Below are positions 24,463 through 37,545 of a DNA stretch of 64,000 bases, piece after piece; positions within the stretch are counted from its first letter, which is position 1, and each line of letters starts with the position of its first letter. Both the position numbers and the translations under genes were made by a program. The notes under the pieces were generated by a model that saw only the letters and a program-made list of their open reading frames with translations, had not been told where the DNA came from and searched no databases. The DNA lies in the NCBI GenBank assembly GCA_043228905.1, contig JBHGNT010000013.1, positions 1,178,001-1,242,000 of the forward strand. Reading direction: 5' to 3'. The stretch is from Azolla caroliniana (taxonomy: Eukaryota; Plantae; Polypodiophyta).

Positions 24463-27400
24463 GCGGAACTCATGCTCAATGTAGTTTCTAGTTTCTTAAA
24501 AACTTGAGTCCAAAAGTCACTAGTAAACTTGGAATCTTGATTACTAACAATATCCATCGGTAATCCATAAAAACAAAATAACTCATCAACAAATTGATAA
24601 GCCAATTGTTGAGCGGTTACTGTGATTTTGGTAGGAATAAATCTAGTCAATTTTGTTAGTCTGTCAACGACAACCCAAATGGCATTATGACCCCTCTGTG
24701 TACGAGGTAAACTAATAATAAAATCCATTGAGATACTTTCCCATTTGTTGTTGGGAATATCTAAGGGATGTAAAAAACCAGCAGCTTTAAGTCGTTCCGA
24801 CTTATTAATCTGACATTGGAAGCATTGAGTTACGTATTTATGCATGTCAGAGTGCATCTTAGGCCAGGAAAAAGTACTCGAGATGAGATCGAGTGTGCGT
24901 TGTATTCGAAGATGACCAGCAGATGGTGCATCATGACATTCATGAAGAATTTTGTGTTTTACGTTTGGTAAATGTGGAACACAGACCTTTCCACTATGGT
25001 AGAGCAAATCGTTTGTAATGTGAAAGGACGCCTTCGAGGGTTGGGTGCTAGTATCAACATCTAAACCAGATTCGGCTTTCGTCCAATATTTCGAAAAATA
25101 ACTGTCATCAAGGTATTTCCCTCGAAGGTGATCTAAAAGATCATATTTTATTTCCGTGAAGCTAAGCATGTTAACTTCATTAATGTGACTAAGAGCATCC
25201 GCAACAGTGTTCATAGAACCCTTGCGATACCATATGGAAAAATCAAAATCTTGCATAAGGTCAACCTAATGGCCTTTACGACCAACAAGATTTGGCTGGT
25301 CACAAAAATACTTCAATGATTAATGGTCTATTGTAACCAGAAATTTATTTTCATCGAGATAGTGCCTCCATGTTTTAAGTGCATGTATTACCGCAAACAA
25401 CTCTTTCTCTTGAACTGAATACCGAGATTGAGCAACATCAAGCTTCTTACTTTCAAAAGCAATAGGGTGACCGTCCTAATAAAGAACGACACCAATAGCA
25501 TAATCACTGGCATCAGTTTCGATTGAGAAAGGCTTAGAAGGGTTCGATAATAGAAGAGTGGGAGCTAGATACACATGCTCTTTGAGTGTCTCAAATTATT
25601 TGTCAAGTTGTTCATTCCATGCAATTGGTTTGACAGACTTACGTGGATGACCTTTTAAAAGGTCAGTTAATGGCGTAGTCAATTTGGAATAGTTACGAAT
25701 TGATTTTCGTAAAAATCCAACAAACCCTAAGAATGATCACAGTTCACGAATATTACAAGGAATGGGCCAAAGTTTAACCTTTTCAATACGAGAAGGTTCA
25801 ATTTCAACACCATTTTCCGTAATTAAATGACCTAGGTACACAATAGATTTTGGGAAAAAATCAAAATTTGAATGTTTTGCATAGAAAGAGTTGTCACGCA
25901 ACTTTTGCAAAACAAATCGAACATGTTGAACATGATCTTGCAAGGTACGGATATATATCAAAATATCATCCAAGAATACGACAACAAAATCACCGAGTTG
26001 ATCTCGGAAAACGTCGTTCATCGCTTGTTGGAATGTGGCTGGAGCATTAGTCAACCCGAAAGGCATGACTAAAAACTCATAATGGCCATAGTGAGTACGA
26101 AAAACGATTTTAGGAATATCATCCTCGGCAATGTGAATATGATGATAACCTGTTCGTAAGTCAATTTTCGTAAAATATTGAGCTCCATGCAAACGATCAA
26201 TCAAATCATCAGCACGAGGTAACAGATATGCATTTTTAATTGTCATTTTATTCAAACGGCGATAATTAATACCCATCTGCCATGAACCTTCCTTCTTCTT
26301 TACTAATAGAACTGGCGCACCCAAGGTGATTTACTATACCTAATGTGGCCCATACTCAAGTATTCCTTAAGTTGTTTAGCGATCTCATCCTCTTCTAATC
26401 GACTAAGTCGGTAAGGTGGAATGCTCACAGGAGCAGCACCAGGGATGAGTTCAATTTGATGGTCTACATTACGTTTTGGTGGTAAAGTAAGCGGCAATTC
26501 GTTAGGAAAAACGTCTTGAAAATCATCTAAAATAGAGTCAAGTAATCGTTGTTCATAATGTGGTAATGGTGTGGCGTCAATATTAAAATAATAAAATTAA
26601 AGCGCAGGATCAATTACACACGAATAAATTAATGAACTTGAATACTCACCTAAAGATTTAGAAGACACAAGTGAACAAGAAGGGAGTTTGGAACATTGAA
26701 TAAAATGTTTACAATTATTAAGTTCAAATGTGATTGAGTGATTAACCCAATCAATGGACAAAGAAGGGTTTTTATTAAAAAACCAAGGGTATCCTAAAAT
26801 GATATCTGTGGATTGTAGTTTCATAACATGAAAGTCAAGCTTCTCCAAATAGGTATCTATCTGAATTGGCAGTTGACAAACAATGCCACTGATGTATTGA
26901 ACACTTCCATTTTCCATGTGAACTTGATAGATATGTTCACTTGCGTTTATGTGGAGTTCCATTTGCTGCACAATGTGATCATAAAGAAAATTGTGAGAAC
27001 TACTGGAATCAAACAAGAAATGTGCTTGTGTTCCATTGATATACCCGACTGCTCGGAGTAAATCATTAGGTCCAAGTAAATGTGAAGGAAAAGTGCATTC
27101 ACATGAACTTAAGTGGTTGGTATGAACTTCAAAAACATCAAAAGACTCACCTGTGTGACTCGTAGATTTGTCTTGAGGAGGGGTGTTCATTGACTTCCTC
27201 TCAAGATGACGACAGGTATCCTTTGTGTGGCCCCGCTTCTTGCAATATGCACAGAAGAGGTTAGGTTTCTTGGGGTTGCGGTCAAGAGTATCATTGGATT
27301 GCTTACGTTTCCCAATGAACTTGACATTTGGAGTTTTGACGAACTTAGGTTTATTGTGGTCTTTCTTGGAAGTCCTATGGTACCGAAGTACAATGTTGGC

Positions 27401-28100
27401 GAATTCTTCAAAAGTTGTGGGGTCCTTGTCATGGACAATCCAATGGTAATCCCCATTAGGAATACCATTAAAAAAGCAAGCAACAAACCATTTCTCACCC
27501 GTAAGTCCCGATTTTTGGATTTGGGTCCGAGCATGATGCACATAATCCTCAAGAGAGGTAAATGGCTTACTCGACAACGTGAGCAAGTGTTGCGCTTGTT
27601 CAGTTTGAGAAGGTGGCTACAAAAACTGTTTCTTAAAAACATCAACGAAACCTTCCCAAGTTGTGGGTAAGTTCTTTGCAGTCCTTAGGCTGCGCCACCA
27701 AGCAGTAGCTCGGCCACCTAACTCACGACCGACGTAACCAATTTTTACAGCATCGGGCTTGGGGTGGACCTCAAAGTGAGACTCCCAACGACCAAGCCAA
27801 GTGCTAATGGCCTCCTCGGTTCTTTCTTTCTTATCTCCCTTGAATGGTGTTACTACGAAAGAAGGCTCACCTTATTTCTTGGACTCAATAGTCAATTCTT
27901 GGAATTTCATTTCAATGCCATATTGGCCTGGCTCATTTCGGCCAATCAAGGTAGTAGGGAGCAATTGCTCAATAGTGATCTCAACTTGTGTGCGAGATGC
28001 GGATTGGAGTTGAGAGAACTCGGTCGGAGAGATTGCTCCAACAACGTTCAAAACTTGTTCCATGATGCAAACTGTGGGTATGCAATATAAATAAGGAGGT
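24463..28100 (-). pseudogene. G3 gag-pol (disrupted)
   Basis: CCHC FCAYCKKRGHTKDTC, protease HFLFDSSSSHNF, RT FTKIDLRTGYH..YGHYEFLVMPFGL..VFLDDILI, INT ECHD..GH..CFQCQ..WESISMDF. Confidence 0.88.
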
Positions 28101-29454
28101 TTAGAAAATACAGAAGCAAAATGAATGCTTGAAATTTTGATTGTAAGAACTTTACCAAGAAAGCATCTCACGTCTTTACCCCTCTAGACATATGAGATGT
28201 GATTCGAGACCTGATAACTATGGTAACACTATGGTGTTGTAAAGAATCAAGAGATGGATTCTTGTGAAGCGGAAGAGATGTGAGTTATGTGTGTGTGTAA
28301 GAGAGAGAGAGAGAGAGAGACACACACACACACACACACACACAGAATACGCAAGGTAAAAGTATATTGACAAAGGAGAAAGACTCAACATTATACAAGG
28401 TGGGAGGAGGGTGCTTTATGTAGTCACCCTCTCTCTTCATTAACTACAAGCCTCATGGAGCATGGGGAATGTGAAAGCTCATAAGTTATGTGTCATAGAA
28501 TATGATTCTATGACTCATACTAAATGCTAGAATACAAAGTGGTGACATAATGGTGACATAATGGTGACTCTTGACCGTTGAGGTGTCTCTTCACTCTCAA
28601 GGTGAGTTCACACACTAGACCACGTTGAGCTTGATTCTCAACAGGTTTTTTAAAAACCATGGGGGAAAACATAGCTAAGATGTCTTTCTCGGATCTCTAT
28701 CTTGAATAATCATGGCGGCTCCTTGAGGCTCAACCATGGTTCTAACATCAACATACTTTCCTAGTTAGCCTTATATTAGAATGCCAACCCTACATGTATT
28801 GATATGGTCAAGAAAGTGTATTACGTGAAAAATCAAGTGCACTCGCAAGTAATATTCTAGTCTTGCGAGTAACAAGCAAATGTGATGATAAAAATGATAA
28901 AATAAGGTACTACCCATTAGAGGCAAGTAGTGATGAAAAGAAGGGTAAAAAAACCCATGTGCTACCTACTAAAAAAACAATGTCACAAATAAATGGGAGG
29001 TGCGAGGTATGCACATATACATCCCAATATGATGGTTGTAATTTGCACAATTGTGACATAAGCCACAAATTGATACACAAAGATGTGGTACTCAAATCCA
29101 TGAAGAAACATCAATAGAGGAACTCATGTGGTTTTACTCGAGTTCTAAGGCTCGATAATATGAGTTAAACATAGATGATCCGTTGGAAAAAATCGTTAAA
29201 AAAAAACGACATGATGCCCACTCCATACGAAAAAAATAGTCTACATGGAAGCGTTACATCATAGGTAAACGCACGTAAATACTTTATACACGAGAAGGGG
29301 GAAAAGGAGAGTTAATTGTGGGCGAATAAACTATAATTACGAGTTAATCATATAAGTGAAATGACAATTTGTGGAATTAGAAATTAATTAGAATAATAAG
29401 CAATTAGGTGTATGGAACATTAAGCATGCCTTAAGGTACGAAACCCTAGAGTAG

Positions 29455-29900
29455 TCGACATGCACCTCCTCAAGACCACATCTCCCTAGAATTGGCCAAG
29501 TGATGGCTCAATAAAGAGTAAAGTGACATAGGTAAGCGACATATACCTCGTCAAGGCCACACCATCCCATAGAATCGGCCAAGTGATGGCTCAATAGACA
29601 GTAGAGTGGCATAGGTAGGCGACGTACACCTCGTCATGACCACAACATCCCATAGAATCAGCCAAGTGAGGCCTCAATAAAGGGAAGAGTGGCATACTGA
29701 ACATCATATGCAAAAGGGCCATTAGGTGAGCGTGTGCAATTAGGGAAAACATGCTTGACCCGATGCACAAGAATAATTAATATCGTAAGAGAAGGCTCAA
29801 GAGAGAGGAGAGTGGGAGATACATCGCAATATGCAAAAGGCCATGAGTTGAGCGTGTGCGATTAGTGCAAAGACACTTGGCCCGATGCACAATAATAATT
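29455..29900. repeat. Degenerate tandem repeats in the G3 leader (about 3 x 83 bp, then 2 copies of a ~75-bp motif)
   Basis: Recurrent CCCATAGAATCGGCCAAGTGATGGCTCAATA units, and twice GAGCGTGTGC..CCCGATGCACAA. Confidence 0.7.
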
Positions 29901-30138
29901 AAAATCGTATCATGGTAGAATGAAGAAAGAAAAGAAAAGAAAACGTAATACAAATTTGATTCGACCATAAAGAACACATCATAGAAAGAAGAGAGAGATC
30001 GAGAAAGAAGAATACCGGGTTAAGAATGTTGTTTTGATCCTGTGAAGAGCACGAAGAGCCTTGTTAGATCCCCATCGCTCACACGCAAAAAACATCAAAA
30101 CAACAAAAAAAAAATGTTAGTAAATGCTCTGATACCAC

Positions 30139-30611
30139 TGTTAAGAGTCTATTACTAATCAATAGACCAAACTAAAGTAAAAGAAGGAAAATAGAATGGA
30201 TAGAAGAACCTGTTCCACCCGACCACCCCCGAGCTATGATCTAGACATAGCCAACCTACCACTGATGTCCCATACCGCCGGATATTAGTATGACTAATAC
30301 CTTGGAAGAGATAAACAAGATCGTCGAGACGAAAGCCTAGCCCTCACCACTGGTGTCTAAGACAACAGCCTTCCGACGTAATGTGATCATGAGGGTAGCT
30401 AAGCCTCATATTTATACCTTTTCCTAGGCCCCTTGAATAGACGTGCCTTTCTAAAAGGCTCTCCATTCATTGGTTGTCCAAATCATGATAGTGCATGCAC
30501 CTATCATTCCTTCTATCCAATCATTAGTCCCCTTTTTAACATTAGTGAACATACCCTTCACTAATGTAAATATTGGTGACCTACCCTCACCAACGTTATG
30601 TGTACATAACA
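30139..30611 (-). repeat. G3 5' LTR
   Basis: Direct repeat of 6356-6828, next to the Met PBS. Confidence 0.9.
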
Positions 30612-32379
30612 GTTACCACAATTACTATGTCTTTGTCAACTCTCCAAACACGAGTAGGGTCATGTGATACATAGCTCTTGAGAGAAGTAAGCATGTCAAC
30701 ATATGAATAAACCTTTTGAGCAAGCGAACCTTTTGCACAAACACCTTCAAAGCTTTGAGACTTGTCGGAGTTGTCACCTTTTGAATTACTTCGATCTTTG
30801 ATTCCACGTGAATTCCTTCTTGGCACATGACATTCTCCACACTACCTTGTTTTGTATGTTTGAACATTTCATCTATAATCTCATCTTGAAAAGGAAGCAA
30901 AAATAGATCTCGTTTGGTTGAATCATTCAAGGGTTGGAAGTTTATGCCTTTCTCCTTTGGAACCACAACAATAGGTGAGAGAAACTTCAAATCCTCCAAC
31001 TTGAGGTGGTGCTTGATGCCTTCTACTCTTATCTGTGAATAGTCATTTATGAATAACTTTGGAAACTTAAAATGAAGGGAAATAAACCTTAGATCCTATT
31101 CTCCTTGCACATCGTTTGAAATCATCTTTTCTTTCCCCTTTAGGGTGATAATACTTTTCTCTTCAATGACTTCTTCTTCGTCCTTAAACACCATGTGGAA
31201 TGATTTGTTTTCCCTATCCCACGAAGATTCATCAATTGTTATGATTTCCTCTTCTTGCTTGCCATTGTCGATAGATGATTCCTTCTCCTTTATACATTTG
31301 ATTAGTTGTGGTGGATCCTTTGATGGTGATAAGTTCATGATACTCCAATGATGCATTACAAGTAATTCTTTTGGCTCTTTACCAAGTTGTTGTTTAAGAG
31401 TTGATGCCCACATAACTTTGTTGCTACTCAATGCAAATCCAAAACACAAATCTTGCACAAACACCTTCATACACTACAACTTGGCACTTACCAATGCTTC
31501 CTTACACGCATTGATCTCCAAAAGCCAATCTCCAGCTATCACTTCCAGGTTACCTTCTTCATCTTGCAACTCCCTTGTGGGTACTTCACCATCAACAACT
31601 TTTCTGTCATATCTTCCATTTCATCTTGCACATATTCATCATCAACCACCATATCTCTTGTTGTATCAATAATGTCCTCAACATGATGTACATTGGCATC
31701 ACCATCCATAGCATCGCTTCTCATAACAATCTCCTTGGATTCGTCTTTCACATTATCATTCTTTATATCATGGTTGTCCTCATGAACTATATGGGGGAAC
31801 TCCACATTCATCACCTCTTCTTCTTTGTCTCTAGAATCACCTTCATAGACATCATTATAACTCCAAAAATTAGAATAATGATATGAGGGAACTTGTTGAA
31901 TCGGACATTACAAGTATGTTGGATGTTGGGTCATGACCGATACACAATTATTATAGCTTGGATTTATGGTATAGGACGTTGATACTCCATATGCTTCACC
32001 GAATTACAACTTCTTCAATTGTTGTTCATAACTTTGACATACTCGAAGCAAATCATGGTAAGACCTTGGGTACTTCATATGCACTTCATATTGAAAATAT
32101 GGATCTAGCCCTACTTTGCATCTTGAAGTATACATCTTCAACGCCTCCAACAAGTCGAATACAAGTGGACCATATATCCAAAAACGTCTTCTCATACTCG
32201 AGGTAGCACATTGATGAAACCATACGCAATTGGAAAAGTTCTCTTTGTAGATCTGTCACATCGCGAACTCCATATCTTGCCATCAGTTTGATGATGAATC
32301 GGTAGATCCAACCATCAATGAATGGACAACCATTCCTCCCGTTATATGGAAAGGATCGACCCTCCTTGGAGCGCCAAAA

Positions 32380-32995
32380 TGATGAGAGAGAGATGATAGA
32401 AAAGAGAGATAAATAAGATATATAAATCTAAAACTACAAAGATCTATTGATCATGAAAGAAGCAAGATAGAAGGAAGATACAACTACAAGTATCTATTGA
32501 TAAGAACAACACTACATGAATTGTAAAGAAATCACCACACGAAAGAGACTCCACCCTTTACCACCTTACTCTTCTTCCTTTATATAAAAGTCTTCTCAAC
32601 TAGATAACTTTCCCTTGCTTTCTTTTTTATGCTTTTTTTGGAAGTTTTCCATCTCTTATTCTTAGCTATGACACAGAGATCTTCTAATCGGCATATCTCC
32701 CTCATCCAAGCTCCAAATTTAGAGCTTTAAAAAACTGCGGATAGCTCTCTTCATAAGCTTTCCAACCCATATTTGCACATTATATTTGGCTTCCAAACGA
32801 ATGAGTTATGAGAGTTCGTTTGAGACTGTGTTTTGGTGGCCCGCTTTTTTCTTCTTTTACTTTTCTCCATCTTTCTTGCTTTTAGTTTGACTTATCCTTG
32901 AGACCTTTGTTTGCGATCTTGCCCTCCGGATGTGAATGCACCATACCTTATATTCTTATAGAATTCAATACCTTGAATTCAAAAACACTTTCACA
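32380..32995 (-). repeat. G2 5' LTR
   Basis: TGATG...TCACA, flanked by the PBS on the internal side and TSD ACTAT outside. Confidence 0.88.
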
Positions 32996-35981
32996 ACTAT
33001 AAATAATTATTTGATGAGGCGATCCTTCCAAGAAATGTCGCCATTGCTCGAAAGAGTCAACCACAACTAGTAACTCCTTGTCATGCACCTCATAGTTTAT
33101 CTCCGTAGCAGTAAATTTTCTCGAGTGAAATGTGGATGGGACTACCCGTCCTTGACTAGTTGGGATAGGATACTCCCCAATGCAAAGTCTGACGCATCTG
33201 CTTCAATGGTAAATGGCTTTTCAGGATCAATATGTGCTAACATTGGAGCTGGTGTGAATGCCTCTTTGAGCTGAGTAAAGGTTGTGTCCGCTTCAATAGT
33301 CCAAACAAACGATTGATTCTTCTTGGTGAGTTGGGTGAGAGGCAACACGATCTTTGAATAATTTTGTATGAATTTGCAATAGAAGTTAGCAAATCCGAGG
33401 AAACATTGGACGTCTCGAACAGAACGTGGGGGTTGTCATTCCAATATTGTTGACTTTTGCTAGATCCATGAAGATACCCTTAGATGAAATAGTATAACCC
33501 AAGAATTCGACTTGTTCGCTATCAAAACTGCACTTCTCAAGTTTGGCATACAGACCATACTTTCTTAAGCATTCAAGTACTTTCCGAACATGTATATCAT
33601 GCTCCTCCTGTGTTTTAGAGTAAATCAACAGATAATCTAAATAGATTATGAGAAAGATATCCAGAAAATCCCAGGAAATGTCATTTGCCATATGTTGGAA
33701 AACTGCGAGTGCATTTGTGAGCCCGAAAGGCATGACTGTATACTCGAAATGACCATACCGAGTGCAAAATGTTGTTTTCCACTCATCTCCCAGTTGAATG
33801 CAAACAAGATTATATGCACCCCTTAAACCAATCTTTGTAAAATTTTTTGCCCCACCAATGCGCTCTAAAAGACAGGAGATTAAAGGAAGAGCATACCTAT
33901 TTCTTATGGTGACTTTATTTAATCCCCGATAGTCCATGACCAAATGAAGCGATCCATCCTTTTTCTTCACAAAAAATATAGGAGCACCGAATGAAGATTT
34001 TGAATGTCGAATAAACCCATGTGCAAGATTCTCCTCAATGTATTCTCGAAGAACCTCAAGCTCAGTTGGTGATAGATTGTAGATCTGACCCCATGGTGGC
34101 TCTTTTCCTGGTTGGAGGTCAATGGGACAATCGTATGGCCGATACTTTGGAAGTACACTAGCTTTGACTTTGTCGAAAACATCAACATATTCTTGGATGT
34201 ATGGATTCCCTTGAGTCACACTAGAAGGTGTCACTGATATTCCAAATAAGAAAAGTTCCTCCTTTCCTCCCACTTGGAACAATTGTTGCAATGTGATGGT
34301 TGAGATTTGGTGAAAGGAAGATGGTGCACTGGTAGAACTATATTCTTTAAGGGAATACTCTTGGGTTCGATCCTTAGCAATGATGTTTTCTATAGAAGGG
34401 CACCAAATTTCTTGCCTCCTCCAATCTATTCGTGGGTTATGTAGCTCGAACCATGGCAAACCAAGGACAATTGGATGCTCGAGGTATATTAAAGGAAACT
34501 ACACATCCTAAATCACCTAAGAGTATGTGTATTGGCTCTAACTCTTCGAATATCTTCCCGGAAGCTATGGGACGTCCATCAATCACTACTACGGAAACTA
34601 GGCAAGGATATTTGATGTTTTTGGGCAAAATCTCTATTCATGAAACAAGAATTGGCTCCGGTATCTAAAAGGGCTTGGACGTGAAGTTGGCAACTTTGTG
34701 TCCTCACTTGTAGTTAGGTTGAGAAGACTCTACTAACATGCTTGGATGAAATGGAACCTACACTAGGTTGTATAGAGCTAGGGTTGTCCAACCAAATGGC
34801 TCCTATTTTGGCTAGACTTATTCGTTTGACTCCTCTTCTAATTGGATTAGGACTTCAAACTTATTGGACAAGGGTGGATTATTCATAATATTAGAATCAC
34901 TAAGTGCTTCTAAAATGTTGGACTCATTTTTATTGTCATAGTGAATTTGATTTACCTGACGTCTCAGCCTACGAGAGCAATGAATGGCTATATGTCCTGG
35001 ACCTCTGCAATATAAGCATAGATGGTTTGCTCAGCGTCGTTGCTTCTCTTTGTCCGACAATGGTCTTCGATGTTGGGTCATATCGATCTCTATGGGTATC
35101 GGCCTATCCATTGGGGTCGGGCTACATGTTTGTCTTGGGGTTGGAGCAGGGCTATATGTTTGCCTTGGAGACGATTGCGTTGTTACTGATGCATAAGTTG
35201 GCATGTATCTTGATCTTGTTATTTGTTGTTGTCGCTCACATTGACGCTCAAAAAGACGATTATCACACCGTATTGCTCGACTAATAGCGTATGTAAGTGA
35301 GTTTGGATCCTTAGGGAAGGTAAGAAGTAAGTCCTTCACATCACTACGAAAACCGGAATGAAATTGCTCCATTAGGGATTGTTCATCCCAAGGAATATCG
35401 CTTGCGATGAGACGAAAATTGGTTGCATATGTTGAGGTTGGTTGATCACCTTGACATAGTGTACGAATCTTGTTGATTGTCGTTCTTGCCCCATCTGTAT
35501 CTCCGAAGCAAGCCTTAAATTCTTTGACAAACTCCTCGAAATTATGCAATAGAGGAGAATTTGTCTCTAGTAATGGAGCAAACCATGACAATGCTATGCC
35601 AGTCAATAAGGTGCCCACTAACCCGACTCGTGATGCAACTGTCGGATAACGCGTGGGATGCATTTGGATTACCAACAGCACTTGATTCAAGAAACCTTGG
35701 AAATGCGCCCTTGAACCATCGAATTTAGCTGGGAGACTGATTTTGGGCTTGTTAATACTTCCTTGACCTTCGACACTTTGTTGTTGTAAAATTACAATTG
35801 TCAATTCTAATTGTTGCACCCATCGTGTAAACTCTTCTTCTTGTTGTTGCTTCTCAACAATAACCTTTTGTAGATCCCTAAGAAGACGTTGATTCTCTAA
35901 TTCAAGAGATGCGAACTTGGATTTAATATTCTCTATTTCTGCGACAAGGGTGAGATATTCTTCCGAGTTGATGGCAACCAT
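32996..35981 (-). pseudogene. G1 gag, protease, RT and RNase H (disrupted)
   Basis: Gag [85 protein letters not shown]. Confidence 0.85.
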
Positions 35982-36039
35982 GTTTCATGATGTTTATAGA
36001 GCAGGATAAGGGGGAGAGAGAAGAGAGAGAGAGAGAAAG

Positions 36040-36072
<33 letters not shown>

Positions 36073-36644
36073 TATTAACGTCCTCTAAGGCCAAATTTAG
36101 CCCATGAGACAAATGGTTTATAAAAAATGGGATATTTACCCATTCATCGAAAGTACAAAAATCAAAATAAGATAAAAAATAGTTCTAAAAAAAACATGTT
36201 CTACAATGAAAAGATGTTATACTAGGCCTAATTTCATTTCCATCCAAGTCTCTCGAAGAGAAGCGGAAGGTCAAAGGGTTGCGATGCGGATGTGGCCCGT
36301 GGTCCTAATGTAAAAGGTACCCCAACCATAGCTTCTAGTCGACATAGCTCATGTTCCCTTATCTTCTTAATCTTTTCTACTCCACGTCGACTTGTTTTGA
36401 AGCCCAACATCCGAGGGCGTTTGGTTGTTCTTTGTATTTCTGCTTCCTCATGGGAGAGGCCGAGCGGCGTAAGTGTATCCACATTCATCTTCTCCCCTTG
36501 TTCCTAAAAAATTACACTAGTTACATGTTGATGAATAGTAAAAGGGTTATGATTAACACTTTGTAATTTATTCTCCCTATGTTGGTTTAGCTCTAAGATA
36601 TACCTACCTAGTCTTTTTACACTTGACTACCTCACTTCAAGTGG

Positions 36645-36840
36645 CTACCATCACGAAGGCGAAGTACAACTGACTAGCCTACTTCAGGAATGATTTAGTT
36701 CAGTGAAGTGCCAGTTTTCCAGGTGATTCTCTTCAGGAAGAATGGTCTCCACGGTTGACAATGTTACAGATGGGATGACGAAGAGTCTTTCAGTTGACCG
36801 GTTTCAGTTGATTCGGGCACAAATAGGTGTGGAAGTGATT
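36645..36840 (+). pseudogene. Ty1/copia RNase H C-terminal remnant
   Basis: Translates to VSTVDNVTDGMTKSLSVDRFQLIRAQIGV, matching the copia 'T.DN.AD..TK.L...F' motif. Confidence 0.55.
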
Positions 36841-37239
36841 ACAATAATGCAAAATTTTCAATCCAAATGGAGAAAATGCTTAGGAGTCACTTGATTTCTC
36901 TTTAAGAAACCATAAACAAGTAAGGTGAAGAAATTATAATACTAGTGGAGGAGAATTCAAAACTACAAATTGTTGTAATTGAAAATGAGGGTCTTAAAGC
37001 AAATGGTTGCAAAACTTGAAGATGAGTTTCAAGAATGTTAGAAAGCTTCACTAGAAACAAATGAGCACTTAAACAATATTGAGTTAAAAGAAGCATTAAA
37101 AGAGTAAAAAATATACACAATGAGGTGGGATGTAAGTGAGATGAAAAATATATATGCATCACAAAGTCATGAACCGATAGTGGGGATGTGGTATCTAACT
37201 CATGTATGCATGTGATGAATAAAGACAAGACTTTAGAAA

Positions 37240-37545
37240 GCATAGATGTCCAAGAATTGAAAGAACGTGAACGACAATAAAAGAATATTATCATTTGTGA
37301 GATTAAAGAAGAGAGTATGAAAACACTCTCCCATCAATGAGTTCTTTAGTATGCATTATGGTCTGTTGAATGTGTGTACATGGGGCACACCGAGTTCGGA
37401 AACATGGTGTTGGAGCTTGGTTATTCATGAGAACGGGTTATTGTATGCACAGTGACAAATGATACAAAACGAAGGATCATACTAGAAAATAGATGGGTGT
37501 ACCTCAAAGGTATGCACAACTTTGTAGTGAAGATCATTTATCTCA
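37240..37545 (+). pseudogene. Degenerate LINE ORF1-like fragment
   Basis: Pieces ELKERERQ*KNIIICEIKE, GAHRV, VIVCTVTNDTKRRIILEN..LKG resemble the LINE ORF1 RRM-like region. Heavily decayed. Confidence 0.35.

Larger units (their letters stand above)
6356..30611 (-). mobile_element. G3: Ty3/gypsy chromovirus with tRNA-iMet PBS, interrupted by G4
   Basis: 473-bp LTRs at 6356-6828 and 30139-30611 (TGTTA...TAACA, ~20 differences). PBS TGGTATCAGAGC at 30126-30137. PPT AGTAGGGGAGTA at 6829-6840. gag-pro 26597-28100, RT 25737-26497, INT 24463-25256 continuing at 7204-7634, chromodomain 6850-7010. Flanks GTATC/GTTAC are an imperfect TSD. Confidence 0.85.
4876..32995 (-). mobile_element. G2: degenerate/non-autonomous Tat-related gypsy element with TSD ACTAT
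   Basis: LTRs 4876-~5494 and 32380-32995. ACTAT at 4871-4875 and 32996-33000. Minus-strand PBS TGGCGCTCCAAGGAGGG at ~32360-32376 is nearly identical to the G5 PBS. Decayed gag (RELFQLRM..LEYEKTF) and RT (SPIVVVPK..KRDLFLLPFQDEI) homologous to G5 at 30625-32283. Confidence 0.85.
2510..35990 (-). mobile_element. G1: Ty3/gypsy chromovirus (Tcn1-like), split by a 28-kb nested insertion (4876-32995); 5' LTR not found
   Basis: 3' LTR 2510-3031 with PPT. Integrase plus chromodomain at 3016-4875, RT/RH at 33001-34459, gag at 35031-35981. The frame WRHFLEGSPHQIIIY-SDHKNL is restored when 4876-32995 and one ACTAT are removed. Confidence 0.88.

Noticed and set aside
28235-28643. Possible extra solo LTR (TGTTG...CAACA) in the G3 leader
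   Set aside because: The flanks (TATGG/GGTTT) form no TSD and there is no second copy in the window.
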